From a virus, in IMG/VR virus record IMGVR_UViG_3300032435_000001: 64,000 nt of DNA; one strand, 5' to 3'. The notes under the pieces are model-generated. The model was not told where the DNA came from. It saw only the letters and a list, made by a program, of their open reading frames with translations, and did no database searches. The translations under genes and the position numbers were made by a program. This document shows, piece after piece, positions 1 to 9,600 of the stretch (the first letter of the stretch is position 1; each line of letters starts with the position of its first letter).

Positions 1-26
1 ATGTTGGTGGGTTATTATTCCAACAA

Positions 27-2129
27 TTGGGTTGGTTATTAGAGCAACAGAAAGCTGTTAAAATGACCACTTTAAGTATGGGTGTTTTAGGCAACCAAGC
101 GGGTGTTTTAAAAGCAAACCTTTACCAAGCGTCTGTCGCCACTAATAGGTTAGGTGTTGATACTAAAGATTTAGGTAAAATGCAATCTATATATTCAGAA
201 AGTATTGGTAGAGCTGTTGTTTTCACAACCAAATCAAACAAAGCTATGGCAGAACTTTCAGCTGGTACAATATTAGGTGCTGAAGGTGCTGGTGAATTAG
301 TGGCAAACATGGATGGGTTTAACGTATCAGCGGAGCAGAGTAGAGATTTAGTTGCGGATATGTTAAATAATGGAACTAAAATGGGTATTAATGGAAGTAA
401 ATTAACTAAAAATTTAGCTAGTAATATTAAAATGGCTAATAAATATCACTTTAAAGGTGGTGTTGAAGGTTTAGCTAGGATGGCAGCTATATCTACTAAG
501 TTTAAAGTTGAGATGAAAACCATTGGTTCATTCGCTGATAATTTGTTTGACCCAGAAGGTGCTGTTGAGATGGCTTCTAAATTATCAGTTTTAGGTGGTA
601 ATTGGAGTAAATTGGGTGACCCTTTTGAATTGATGTTTAAGGCTAGGAATGATTTGACAGGTTTAACCAAAGATATTATAGCAGCTACTGAAGTAAGTGG
701 TGTGTTTAATAAAACCACTGGTGAACTTCAATTTAGTGGTATGGAGATGCATCGACTAAGGGAGGCTGCTAAAGCTACTAATATGGAGTATGATGAATTA
801 GCGCAGATGGCCCAAGAAGTTGGTAAGAATAACGCAAAAATGGGTCAAATGGTAACTGGTGGTAAGTTAAATAAAGAAGAAAAAGAATATTTAGCAGCTA
901 TTTCTAATTGGGATAAAGATAAAGGTAAATTCTTTGTTGAGGTATTGAATGATGAGGGTGTAACTGATAGATATAATTTTGATGAACTACATAAGTTAGA
1001 CTCCGCTATGATTAAAAACATAATGGACCAAGAAAAAAATTTAGCAGAAAGAGCTGAAGAATCTTTAACATTTGATGAATCTTGGAAAAACTTGGTGAAT
1101 ACTTTCAAATCAACTCTTTTACCAGCATTTGACGGGTTTAGTAAATCAATGGAACTTGTATTAACTAGTATTGCGAAGAGTGGTGTGTTTGAGACAATTG
1201 CGCAATGGTCTATTACATTAGGTAAAACTTTAGCTGAGTGGCCTAAAACAGTTGCTGCCGTTTTAGCTGGTGCTTTCATAGTTAAAGAAGCTTGGTGGTT
1301 AGCTAGGGGTGTTTTTTTAGGACTCGGATTCAATACCACCGCTAGAGTTGGTGGTGGTGGTGGTGCTGCTGCTAGTAAAGCTACGAAGGGTAGTGGTGGT
1401 GGTGCTGCTGCTAGTAAAGCTACGAAGGGTAGTGGTGGTGGTGGTGCTGTTGCTAGTAAACTTGGTAAATTTACTAAATTTGCTAAAGTTGGTGGTGCTG
1501 CTGCTGCTAGTGGTGGTTTATTAACTGCTGCTTTTTCAGGTTATGATGAATATACTAGTAATGAAGAGAGTGGTATGAGTGGTGGCGAAAACGCTGGTAG
1601 GACTGCTGTTAGAAGTGGGTTGGCTGGTGGTGGTGCTTGGGGTGGTGCTACCGCTGGTGCTTCATTAGGGCTGCTTGGTGGTCCATTAGCACCAGTAACG
1701 GTACCTTTAGGTATGCTTATAGGTGGTATAGCTGGCGCTATAGGTGGTGATATGCTTGGTGATTCGGCTGGTGATGCTATTTTTGGGGGTGGTGGGGGGA
1801 GTCAAGTTCATGATGACTTTATTTCCAGACCAGGAGCTGACCCAATATCATTTAACTCAGCTGATACTTTAGTTGGTTTGAAGAAAGATGGTGGTATTGG
1901 TCGAGCTTTGGTGGAAAATAGCACTGGTAAGGGTTCAGGTTCTTCAGGTGTTAGTGTTAGTTTTGGTCAACCTTTAAGAATTGAAGGGAGTATTAATGTA
2001 ACCTCTGGAAATAAATCAGCTTCAATTGATTTAGATAACCCATTCTTTATTAGAGAGTTATCTAAAATGATTCAAGAAGAAATAAGTAGGGGTATTGGTG
2101 GTGGAAGAACGAGTTCTAACCCAATTTAA
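27..2129 (+). CDS. Tail tape measure protein, C-terminal part (true start probably upstream of the window)
   Basis: Ala/Gly/Met-rich helical sequence, C-terminal Gly-zipper hydrophobic segments, located directly upstream of the baseplate genes; frame is open from the window edge. Confidence 0.7.
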   Translation: MGWLLEQQKAVKMTTLSMGVLGNQAGVLKANLYQASVATNRLGVDTKDLGKMQSIYSESIGRAVVFTTKSNKAMAELSAGTILGAEGAGELVANMDGFNVSAEQSRDLVADMLNNGTKMGINGSKLTKNLASNIKMANKYHFKGGVEGLARMAAISTKFKVEMKTIGSFADNLFDPEGAVEMASKLSVLGGNWSKLGDPFELMFKARNDLTGLTKDIIAATEVSGVFNKTTGELQFSGMEMHRLREAAKATNMEYDELAQMAQEVGKNNAKMGQMVTGGKLNKEEKEYLAAISNWDKDKGKFFVEVLNDEGVTDRYNFDELHKLDSAMIKNIMDQEKNLAERAEESLTFDESWKNLVNTFKSTLLPAFDGFSKSMELVLTSIAKSGVFETIAQWSITLGKTLAEWPKTVAAVLAGAFIVKEAWWLARGVFLGLGFNTTARVGGGGGAAASKATKGSGGGAAASKATKGSGGGGAVASKLGKFTKFAKVGGAAAASGGLLTAAFSGYDEYTSNEESGMSGGENAGRTAVRSGLAGGGAWGGATAGASLGLLGGPLAPVTVPLGMLIGGIAGAIGGDMLGDSAGDAIFGGGGGSQVHDDFISRPGADPISFNSADTLVGLKKDGGIGRALVENSTGKGSGSSGVSVSFGQPLRIEGSINVTSGNKSASIDLDNPFFIRELSKMIQEEISRGIGGGRTSSNPI
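1356..1460 (+). repeat. In-frame 39-bp tandem duplication encoding GGGAAASKATKGS (2 copies plus a partial third)
   Basis: ggtggtggtgctgctgctagtaaagctacgaagggtagt is identical at 1356-1394 and 1395-1433. Confidence 0.9.
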
Positions 2130-2232
2130 AATAAATTTAAAAATATGTTAAAATATATTTGGTTATATGAAAATAATTTCGTATTTTTTAAATAATATAT
2201 TTTAATATATTAATACTATATATAATATATAG

Positions 2233-2344
2233 TAATATAATATATAATAATAATATATAATAATAATATATAATAATAATATATAATAATAATATATAAT
2301 AATATATAATAATAATAATATTATATAATATATAATAATATATA
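2233..2344. repeat. 100% A/T tract containing four tandem 13-mers TATATAATAATAA; candidate replication origin / DNA-unwinding element
   Basis: No G or C between 2233 and 2344; perfect 13-mers at 2241, 2254, 2267 and 2280, followed by length variants. The origin function is inference. Confidence 0.75.
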
Positions 2345-2363
2345 GATTTTTTTTTAGTCTTTA

Positions 2364-2370
2364 TATTTAT
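2364..2370 (+). promoter_or_regulatory. TATTTAT putative late promoter
   Basis: Motif recurs 12-29 nt upstream of structural gene starts. Confidence 0.55.
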
Positions 2371-2386
2371 TAATAAACAGTTTAAC

Positions 2387-5300
2387 ATGCCAAATGGAAT
2401 AAATAATATATCACCCTCAATTAGAGATTTTTTATTAAACAGAAATTTAATATTAAGTGATACTGTAAGTAATAATGGTTTAAGTGGTTATGGTGTTGGT
2501 TTAGGGTTACCTGTAACTATCTCTACTTATCCAGAAACAGTTATTGCGTCTAGTGATATTGAAATTGAAGGGCAATCTTATAGAGATTTAAATTTATTAA
2601 ACAACCCTTACGCATCAACTGTTGGGGACATTGTTGTTGATATAAATAGTAATAACATCCAAAATATTGGTAATTTACCAATAGGTACTCCCCAATCTGA
2701 ATACACTAATTATATTGGTTCAAGAATAATTGACTCATCTTTCACAAATTATGGTAATGATGGTAGGGTAAATTTACTAAGAAACTTATACCAACCGAGT
2801 GAATCTGAAAGGTATTTAGTTAGTTTGGATAATTCAAATAATAATGTTGAAAATTCTAATGGTGGTTATTTAGATAGAAATGGTAATTTAAACATTGGGG
2901 GACCTTCAACCAAAGCAATTAATATAATTGGTGGTATTTTAAATGGTGGTGGTATTGGTATTGGTGGTGATAGTAATTTTGATATAAGAAGTTCTTTAGC
3001 TGGTAGAGTATTAAACGGTATAGGTGTTTTAAATGATACCAAGTTAGGGGTTATTGGTGGTAGGGAATTATTAAAATCTTTAGCTAATAAAGTATCTTTT
3101 AACGCACAAAGGGAAATATTAGGTAATTTTAATTTAAATCCATTAAGTTTACTTAGTGGTAATGATTTTTTAGTACCAAATTATTCGATTACGGTAGGTA
3201 AAGATAAAGTAAGTAAAATTTTAGATATTGGTCTAAACATATTAGGTTTTGAAGCACCAAAAGGTTATTTATTTGAGGATTCGTCTTCTATTTTCTATGT
3301 GGAAAATAAAGTTGATACTAAAGATAGGTTATTATCACAAGTATCTAATACTGGTAAAGGTCAAATTATTTCATTATTTAAAAATTTAAATGAGAATACC
3401 TATAAAATGCAAATAACCGATTCTAGATTTAAAGGGGAATCCGTTATAAGTAATTTATATTTATTTAATAGTGGTAACGGTGCTATGTTAAACATGTTAA
3501 ACGCACCATTATTATTAGATGATAAAGGTAAAGTATTAGGTTCTTTAAAAAACGGCCCTAACACACCCATATCACCTAGTAATTATAAATTGGAGTCAAT
3601 GGTTAGGGATGGTGAATTTAGCTCTTTAAAAGGCCTTAAAATAGGTGAGGAGGGGTTTACTTGGGCTCAAGGTGTGAAAGAAGAGTTATTTCATTATGTA
3701 CTTGGTGATGGTGTTAACCTTACACCAGTTAATTCATCAAGTTCATTTGAAGCTTATGGTGATGTTAATATTAATAAGATTAAAAGGGGTTTACTAAACA
3801 CAACTAAAAATTTATTTAAATCTGGACATATAAACGTCATGGTTAGTAGTAGAGGTTTACGTTTAGATACAGAAGGTGAGATTGACAATGGGGTTAAGGT
3901 TTTTAGGGGTTTTAAAGGTGATAAAATGGATGGTCCAAGTTTCATTTCTAGAGGTTCTGGTGTTAAAAGTTTATCAGCTTTAGAGGGTGTTGCTGATGAT
4001 GCGAACATGGTTTTTTGTAGGTCTTGGACATCATTAGTTAAATATGATAAAGTTAGAAACTTACAAAAAAGTGATGGTTTAAAAAGTAATTACGGGTTAA
4101 GAAATAGAAATACAGTATCTAAATCGGTATTAGATGATAATGGTTTCGTTAGGGTAGCACCAACTAGAACTAAAGGTGAGATTGAAAACAATACTGAACT
4201 TGATGCTAAAAGATTCATGTTTTCAATTGAGAATTTAGCTTGGGCTGGGCAGACTGGTAATTTACCTAAGAATGAAATCGGACCAGGTGACCCATTAACT
4301 AAAACCAAAGGTAGGATAATGTGGTTTCCACCATATGATATTAAGTTTACGGAAAGTACTTCATTAAAATGGGATAGTTACGATTTCATTGGTAGAGGGG
4401 AACCTATGTATACTTATAACAATTCTGAAAGAAGTGGTAGTTTAAGTTTTAAGGTTATTATTGACCACGCATCTTACATGAACGATATTACTCTAATAGC
4501 TAAAGAATCTGGGTATGATACTGATGATTTTTTTAATAGTATTGTGGCTGGTTGTACTGATTTTGGTGATTATGATTTAAAAAATATAAGTGAGAATGAC
4601 CAAAATGCTTTAGATGTTGATAACGCTAGTAAGGTTGCTGAAAAACAAGATACGCCTAGTATAGTACCTTTAGGTTTTTCGTATTACTTTCCAAATGATG
4701 TGGTTTCAGATGCTTATTTTGATTATGAAAGGTTTGGTTCTGAGAATGGTGAGGTGACGGCTAGTTCGTATGGTAAGATACCTGAGGACCCTGGTTATAC
4801 TAAGGGTCAAACAATATTTTATGAGGATAGGAGTGATTTTGGTTTAAATAAAGCTTACTATGATACTAATTTTTTCACTAAATTAAGTGAGGATTTTAAA
4901 AAATGTGAACATTGTAAGATTGTGATTAAAGGTTACGCTAGTAAGGATGGTGTTACCAGTGTGAATAAAAGGTTATCTGATGATAGAGCTAAAACTATGA
5001 AAGGTATATTAATCAAGGAGTTGTTAGGTGGTAATGAGACTTCGGACCCGTTAAGTGGTAATAGGTTTAAACTAGTTGTTGGTAAAGGTGAATCAACTGA
5101 CTCACCAAGTAAAGGTGTTAAGGCGGTTGATTCAATATTAAATAAAAAAGCTAGAAGAGTTGACGTTACTTTTGTTGACGACCCTAGTAATAAGAAAATG
5201 TTAAATGAATTTAAGACTAATTTAAAATCTAATAACCTTAAAAAAATACTTAATGATAGGGTTAAGGGTAAATTTTTTAACGAATCATTATATTTTGAGA

Positions 5301-6301
5301 AGTTAAGACAAGATGATAAATTTACCTATGATTCCATAAGTGAAAAGATTAAATTCTTTCACCCAGCTTTTCATTCAGTAACGCCAGAAGGTTTTAATAG
5401 TAGATTAACATTTCTTAATCAATGTACTAGACAAGGGCCAACTAAGAACGCTAACTCACCTAGTAATTTAGTTTTTGGAGCCGCACCTGTTTCTATCCTA
5501 AGGATAGGTGATTTTTATCATACAAAGATTATAATTGATAGTTTAAATATTGACTATGATGGTGGGTTCGGTACGCAATGGGATTTAAACCCAGAAGGTG
5601 TTGGTGTTCAACCAATGATTGCTAATGTTTCAATATCATTTAAATTTATTGGTGGTCAATCATTAGATGGGCCTATTAATAAACTACAGAATGCGGTTTC
5701 ATTTAACTATTTCGCTAATACTGAGATTTATGATTCAAGAGCTGAATATTTTAGTAATGGTAGATATACTAGTGATGTGGTAAAGTTTAAACCTGAAGCG
5801 GGTTCACCTAAACCTAGTGAAACTAAAGTGGGTATTGAGTTAAATGAAGTAGAGGTTTTCGGTACTTTCAGTGCACCAAGTACTGAAACAGCTGTTGATG
5901 ATGGTAAAATTAAAATAACTGGTTTTAAGTATATTGAAGTAAGAGAAACGTTAACTCCAAATAAACGTTCGTTTATGTTTTCGCTTAAATTTTTAAACTT
6001 ACCAATTAATTTAGGTGAAAGTTCGGTTAGTGAATTCGTTTCAAAGGGTCTAAAAATTAGATTAAGTAATAATAACTCTTTTACGCATGAGGAAATTGTT
6101 AGTGAAATTAGTGGTGCTAGTGGTTCTTCTGGTTGTAAATCCTTTTCTTGTTTAAATGATAATTATATTTTGGGGGATAGAGATTCGGGTACTATTAGTT
6201 TAGTTAATGGTAATTATAATTTAGCTATAATTCATGACGGTAAAACTATCCAAACAATACCTGTTAAAATAAGTAGTGAACTTTATAAAGAATGGTTTTA
6301 A
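2387..6301 (+). CDS. Baseplate / tail-tube-initiator-like structural protein with an internal OmpA C-like peptidoglycan-binding domain
   Basis: Tube-initiator-like blocks WFPPYDIKF..FIGRGEPMYTY..SLSF and LRIGDFYHTKIII..WDLNPEG flank the OmpA motifs IKGYAS..N.RLS..RA and RRVDV; lies between tape measure and LysM wedge genes. Confidence 0.6.
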   Translation: MPNGINNISPSIRDFLLNRNLILSDTVSNNGLSGYGVGLGLPVTISTYPETVIASSDIEIEGQSYRDLNLLNNPYASTVGDIVVDINSNNIQNIGNLPIGTPQSEYTNYIGSRIIDSSFTNYGNDGRVNLLRNLYQPSESERYLVSLDNSNNNVENSNGGYLDRNGNLNIGGPSTKAINIIGGILNGGGIGIGGDSNFDIRSSLAGRVLNGIGVLNDTKLGVIGGRELLKSLANKVSFNAQREILGNFNLNPLSLLSGNDFLVPNYSITVGKDKVSKILDIGLNILGFEAPKGYLFEDSSSIFYVENKVDTKDRLLSQVSNTGKGQIISLFKNLNENTYKMQITDSRFKGESVISNLYLFNSGNGAMLNMLNAPLLLDDKGKVLGSLKNGPNTPISPSNYKLESMVRDGEFSSLKGLKIGEEGFTWAQGVKEELFHYVLGDGVNLTPVNSSSSFEAYGDVNINKIKRGLLNTTKNLFKSGHINVMVSSRGLRLDTEGEIDNGVKVFRGFKGDKMDGPSFISRGSGVKSLSALEGVADDANMVFCRSWTSLVKYDKVRNLQKSDGLKSNYGLRNRNTVSKSVLDDNGFVRVAPTRTKGEIENNTELDAKRFMFSIENLAWAGQTGNLPKNEIGPGDPLTKTKGRIMWFPPYDIKFTESTSLKWDSYDFIGRGEPMYTYNNSERSGSLSFKVIIDHASYMNDITLIAKESGYDTDDFFNSIVAGCTDFGDYDLKNISENDQNALDVDNASKVAEKQDTPSIVPLGFSYYFPNDVVSDAYFDYERFGSENGEVTASSYGKIPEDPGYTKGQTIFYEDRSDFGLNKAYYDTNFFTKLSEDFKKCEHCKIVIKGYASKDGVTSVNKRLSDDRAKTMKGILIKELLGGNETSDPLSGNRFKLVVGKGESTDSPSKGVKAVDSILNKKARRVDVTFVDDPSNKKMLNEFKTNLKSNNLKKILNDRVKGKFFNESLYFEKLRQDDKFTYDSISEKIKFFHPAFHSVTPEGFNSRLTFLNQCTRQGPTKNANSPSNLVFGAAPVSILRIGDFYHTKIIIDSLNIDYDGGFGTQWDLNPEGVGVQPMIANVSISFKFIGGQSLDGPINKLQNAVSFNYFANTEIYDSRAEYFSNGRYTSDVVKFKPEAGSPKPSETKVGIELNEVEVFGTFSAPSTETAVDDGKIKITGFKYIEVRETLTPNKRSFMFSLKFLNLPINLGESSVSEFVSKGLKIRLSNNNSFTHEEIVSEISGASGSSGCKSFSCLNDNYILGDRDSGTISLVNGNYNLAIIHDGKTIQTIPVKISSELYKEWF

Positions 6302-6306
6302 CTTTA

Positions 6307-6334
6307 TTTACTTTTTAAAAAAATTTAATAAATT
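6307..6334 (+). promoter_or_regulatory. TTTACT-N16-TAAATT putative phage sigma70 promoter
   Basis: Same motif and spacing at nine intergenic sites. Confidence 0.55.
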
Positions 6335-6355
6335 ATAGATAAAATATAATAAAAT

Positions 6356-6676
6356 ATGGCTGAATATTTTGATAGGTATGATAAATTTAGAACCAACAAT
6401 GGTACTAAACCAATCCCAGGTTTAAATATATCAATTCAACCTAGTGATAAGCAAGTTGTTTATAAGGTTGGTAAAACAAGGCTTGATAAGTTAAGTGATA
6501 AATATTATGGTAACCCATATCACGGTTGGTTAATTTTATTAGCCAACCCAAAAAAAGGTGGGTTAGAATTTAATATTGATAATAATGAGGTGATTAGAAT
6601 CCCATTCCCATTTAGGAGTGCTTTGGAGCGTTATGATGCTGAGGTTGATAAATATTTGAGGTTATATGGTGGATAA
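6356..6676 (+). CDS. Baseplate wedge protein, T4 gp53-like (LysM-like)
   Basis: TRLDKLSDKYYGNPYHGWLILLANP...VIRIP LysM/gp53 signature; context. Confidence 0.75.
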   Translation: MAEYFDRYDKFRTNNGTKPIPGLNISIQPSDKQVVYKVGKTRLDKLSDKYYGNPYHGWLILLANPKKGGLEFNIDNNEVIRIPFPFRSALERYDAEVDKYLRLYGG

Positions 6677-9600
6677 TACAAATAACAACGCAACTAACGC
6701 TGGTAAAGTAATATATGTTGACCCAAACCCAAAGGGTAATATAATTAAAACACCAGAAGATTTCGCTATTAGCGTTGAACTAGTAACGACTAAAAAAAAA
6801 CGTACAGCTATTGAGATTGTTAAAGGTGGTGATACGTATGTTGATACTGGTAGTTCTAAAACTAAAATAAGTTTTATTGATGGGTCAAAAGTTAATGGTG
6901 AAGGTGTTCAGAAATCTTTAACAACTCTATATACTGAGGTTGGTAACAATTTTAATAAAACTAATACTGATTTAGAAACGCTTGGTATTTCTAACATATC
7001 AATTGAATTTAATTCATCTTACGCACCTATGGTTTCAATTGATTTTGTTGATACTAGAGGTAAGTTATTCGAGATGGGTAATAATTCACCGTATAGCGTT
7101 TTTTTTGAATTACCATTTCCAGTTTTTGAGTTAACTGTTAAAGGTTTTTATGGTTCGGCTGTAAAATATAAACTACATTTATATAAATTTAATGGTAAAT
7201 TTAACTCATCAAAAGGTAGTTTTGAGGTTAAGTGTAATTTCATTGGTTATACGTATGCGTTTTTATCGGACATATTAATTGGTTATTTAAAAGCTTTACC
7301 TTATACAAATATAGGTGGTAAGATAATAGATGAGTTAAACGCATTAAATGTGGGTACTAAAAATAATTTCTTAACTTTTGATGAGTTAAACGTTGGGATT
7401 AAGAAATTAAGTAACGATATAAAGGTTTTGAAAAGTGATAATGTTGATGTGCAAGTATTAAGTTTAAGTGGTAAGTTAACAAGCTCTTTAAGTGAATTTA
7501 AAAGTACTTTCGAAGCTGAATTTATAAATATTTTAAATACTACTAATGATATTACTGGTGGTGGTGGTGGTGGTAAATGGGGAGCAAATATTTTAACTGA
7601 TACTACAGCACCTACAATTAGTAGTGTTATTGAAACATATAATACTAATATAACTAATAAAATTAAAGAATTAAATAAAAATGAGGGTGGTTTAGGTTCT
7701 AAATACCCATTGGATTTAAATTTATTTTTAGCTACAGAGGGTGTTACCTACCTTAAAGATTTAACTGTGAAAGGTCCTGATGTTTTTAAAGGTAAAACTA
7801 AATTAGTTAGTGATGTTTATGATAGGGTTAATTTCATATTATTAACTAATATGAAATTAGCTGAGGAAAAAACTGTTAATTTATTTATATTTGATAAGGC
7901 AATCGACTCTATAAATCAAATAATAGCTAGTTTATCATCAGATAGTAAACAAATTGTTAATACGTTAGGTGATGATTACACAAACATGGTTGGAGATGCT
8001 TTCCCAGATGGGAATTTCACATCATCTTTAGGTGATTTTTTTAGAATATTGTGTAATCACGTTGATATTTTTTTAGATGTTATTCGTCAAGTTGCAGTTG
8101 CGGCTGAAAAAGATAAAATTGATAGAAAGAAACAATTAGAGGGTATTGATTTTGGTGAAGGTTTAACGAAATTTAATGGTGGTACTAATGATGATATAGG
8201 TAGTATAAAAGCTTTTCCTGATTATAGAGAGAAGAATACTGATAACACGTTAGAAGATAAGTGGATTGGGGTTAAGGCACCTAATATGCCAGAAGTTATG
8301 TTAGTTGAGGAGATATTAAACGGTTTAATTAAATCCAAAATTAAAGATGATGAGGTTTTGGAGGAGATTACTAATAACGAATCCTCAACCACTACTCAAG
8401 ATTGGATTCCTGTTAACCCTTTTGATACCGTTATTTACTATAAATCTAACCCATACGAATCTTTAAAAGAGGAAGGTAGAGATTATGATTATTTAAGGTT
8501 ATCACTTTTTAGGTTTATAACACTTAATGGTTTTACTAATTCAGGTCTTACTCCTGATGAGATAAAAGCTTTTGCTATAGCCGAGGCTAACACTATTTTT
8601 AATTCAATTAAAAATAATGAGGTTAAACTTAATTTTAAGAGTTTAACTTATGCTAGTATAACAGATGGTTTTTCTAGTGCTAATCCTAATGCTAATGCTA
8701 ATTATAAGAATTACTCAACCAAAACCCCATCCGCAACCGCAACCCCAACCGCAACTACAACCGCATTTACCACAGGCGCACTTCCCACAGGCCAACTTGA
8801 CTTAAGTGTTACAACACCACCTAATGTAGTCAGCAATGTCAAAACTAGAGTTATTAGTCTTGCCACAAGTGGAGAAAGGTATTTTTATACATATACACCA
8901 ACAAAAAATAATGATGGTTCGTTATCAAATAAAATACAATTCATACCATTTAGGGTTGATAGTAGAAAAGATTTAAGTGGTGACTCTAATAATGATTTAT
9001 CAAATTCTGATAGGGTTACACAAAGAGATGGTGGTAAAAAGACTTTTTACAATCCTTTATATTACGTTAAACAAGCGCAAGAAGATGGAAAACGTAATAA
9101 ATTAGATAATGGAACAACATTTATTGATTTCTTAACTATATCTGATTACAATAGAGAATCACCATCTTTTGTTGATTATGTTGCTGCTGGGCTTGAAAAA
9201 TCAGTTGAACCATTAACCATGTCAGCTGAAAATAAAATTACTGGTGGTTTATTTCTAGGTAAATTTGGTGTACTTGATTATGCTAGTATTAAAAATTCTA
9301 ATGGTATTGATATGTTGTCAAAAACATTATTTTATAATAACCCTAAAAAAACAACTTTTTTTTATACCGCTATTAAAGAAAAAGCCGATAACTCATCTTA
9401 CTTCACTGTAGATAGTAATCTTAAAGTTGTCCCTATGAATAAAACAGCGGTCACTAGTTTTGAGTCAAATATTAATCCTGTAGTCGTTGCTAATGAGCGT
9501 TATGTAGCTATCACTGATGAGGTTTTGTATGGTAAAATTAATAAAGGTGATTTAAATGATGTTAATATATCTAATTTAGATTTAACCCCTGGCTACTCAC

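Noticed and set aside
2188-2388. Minus-strand Ile/Tyr-rich ORF
   Set aside because: Translation artefact of the AT repeat
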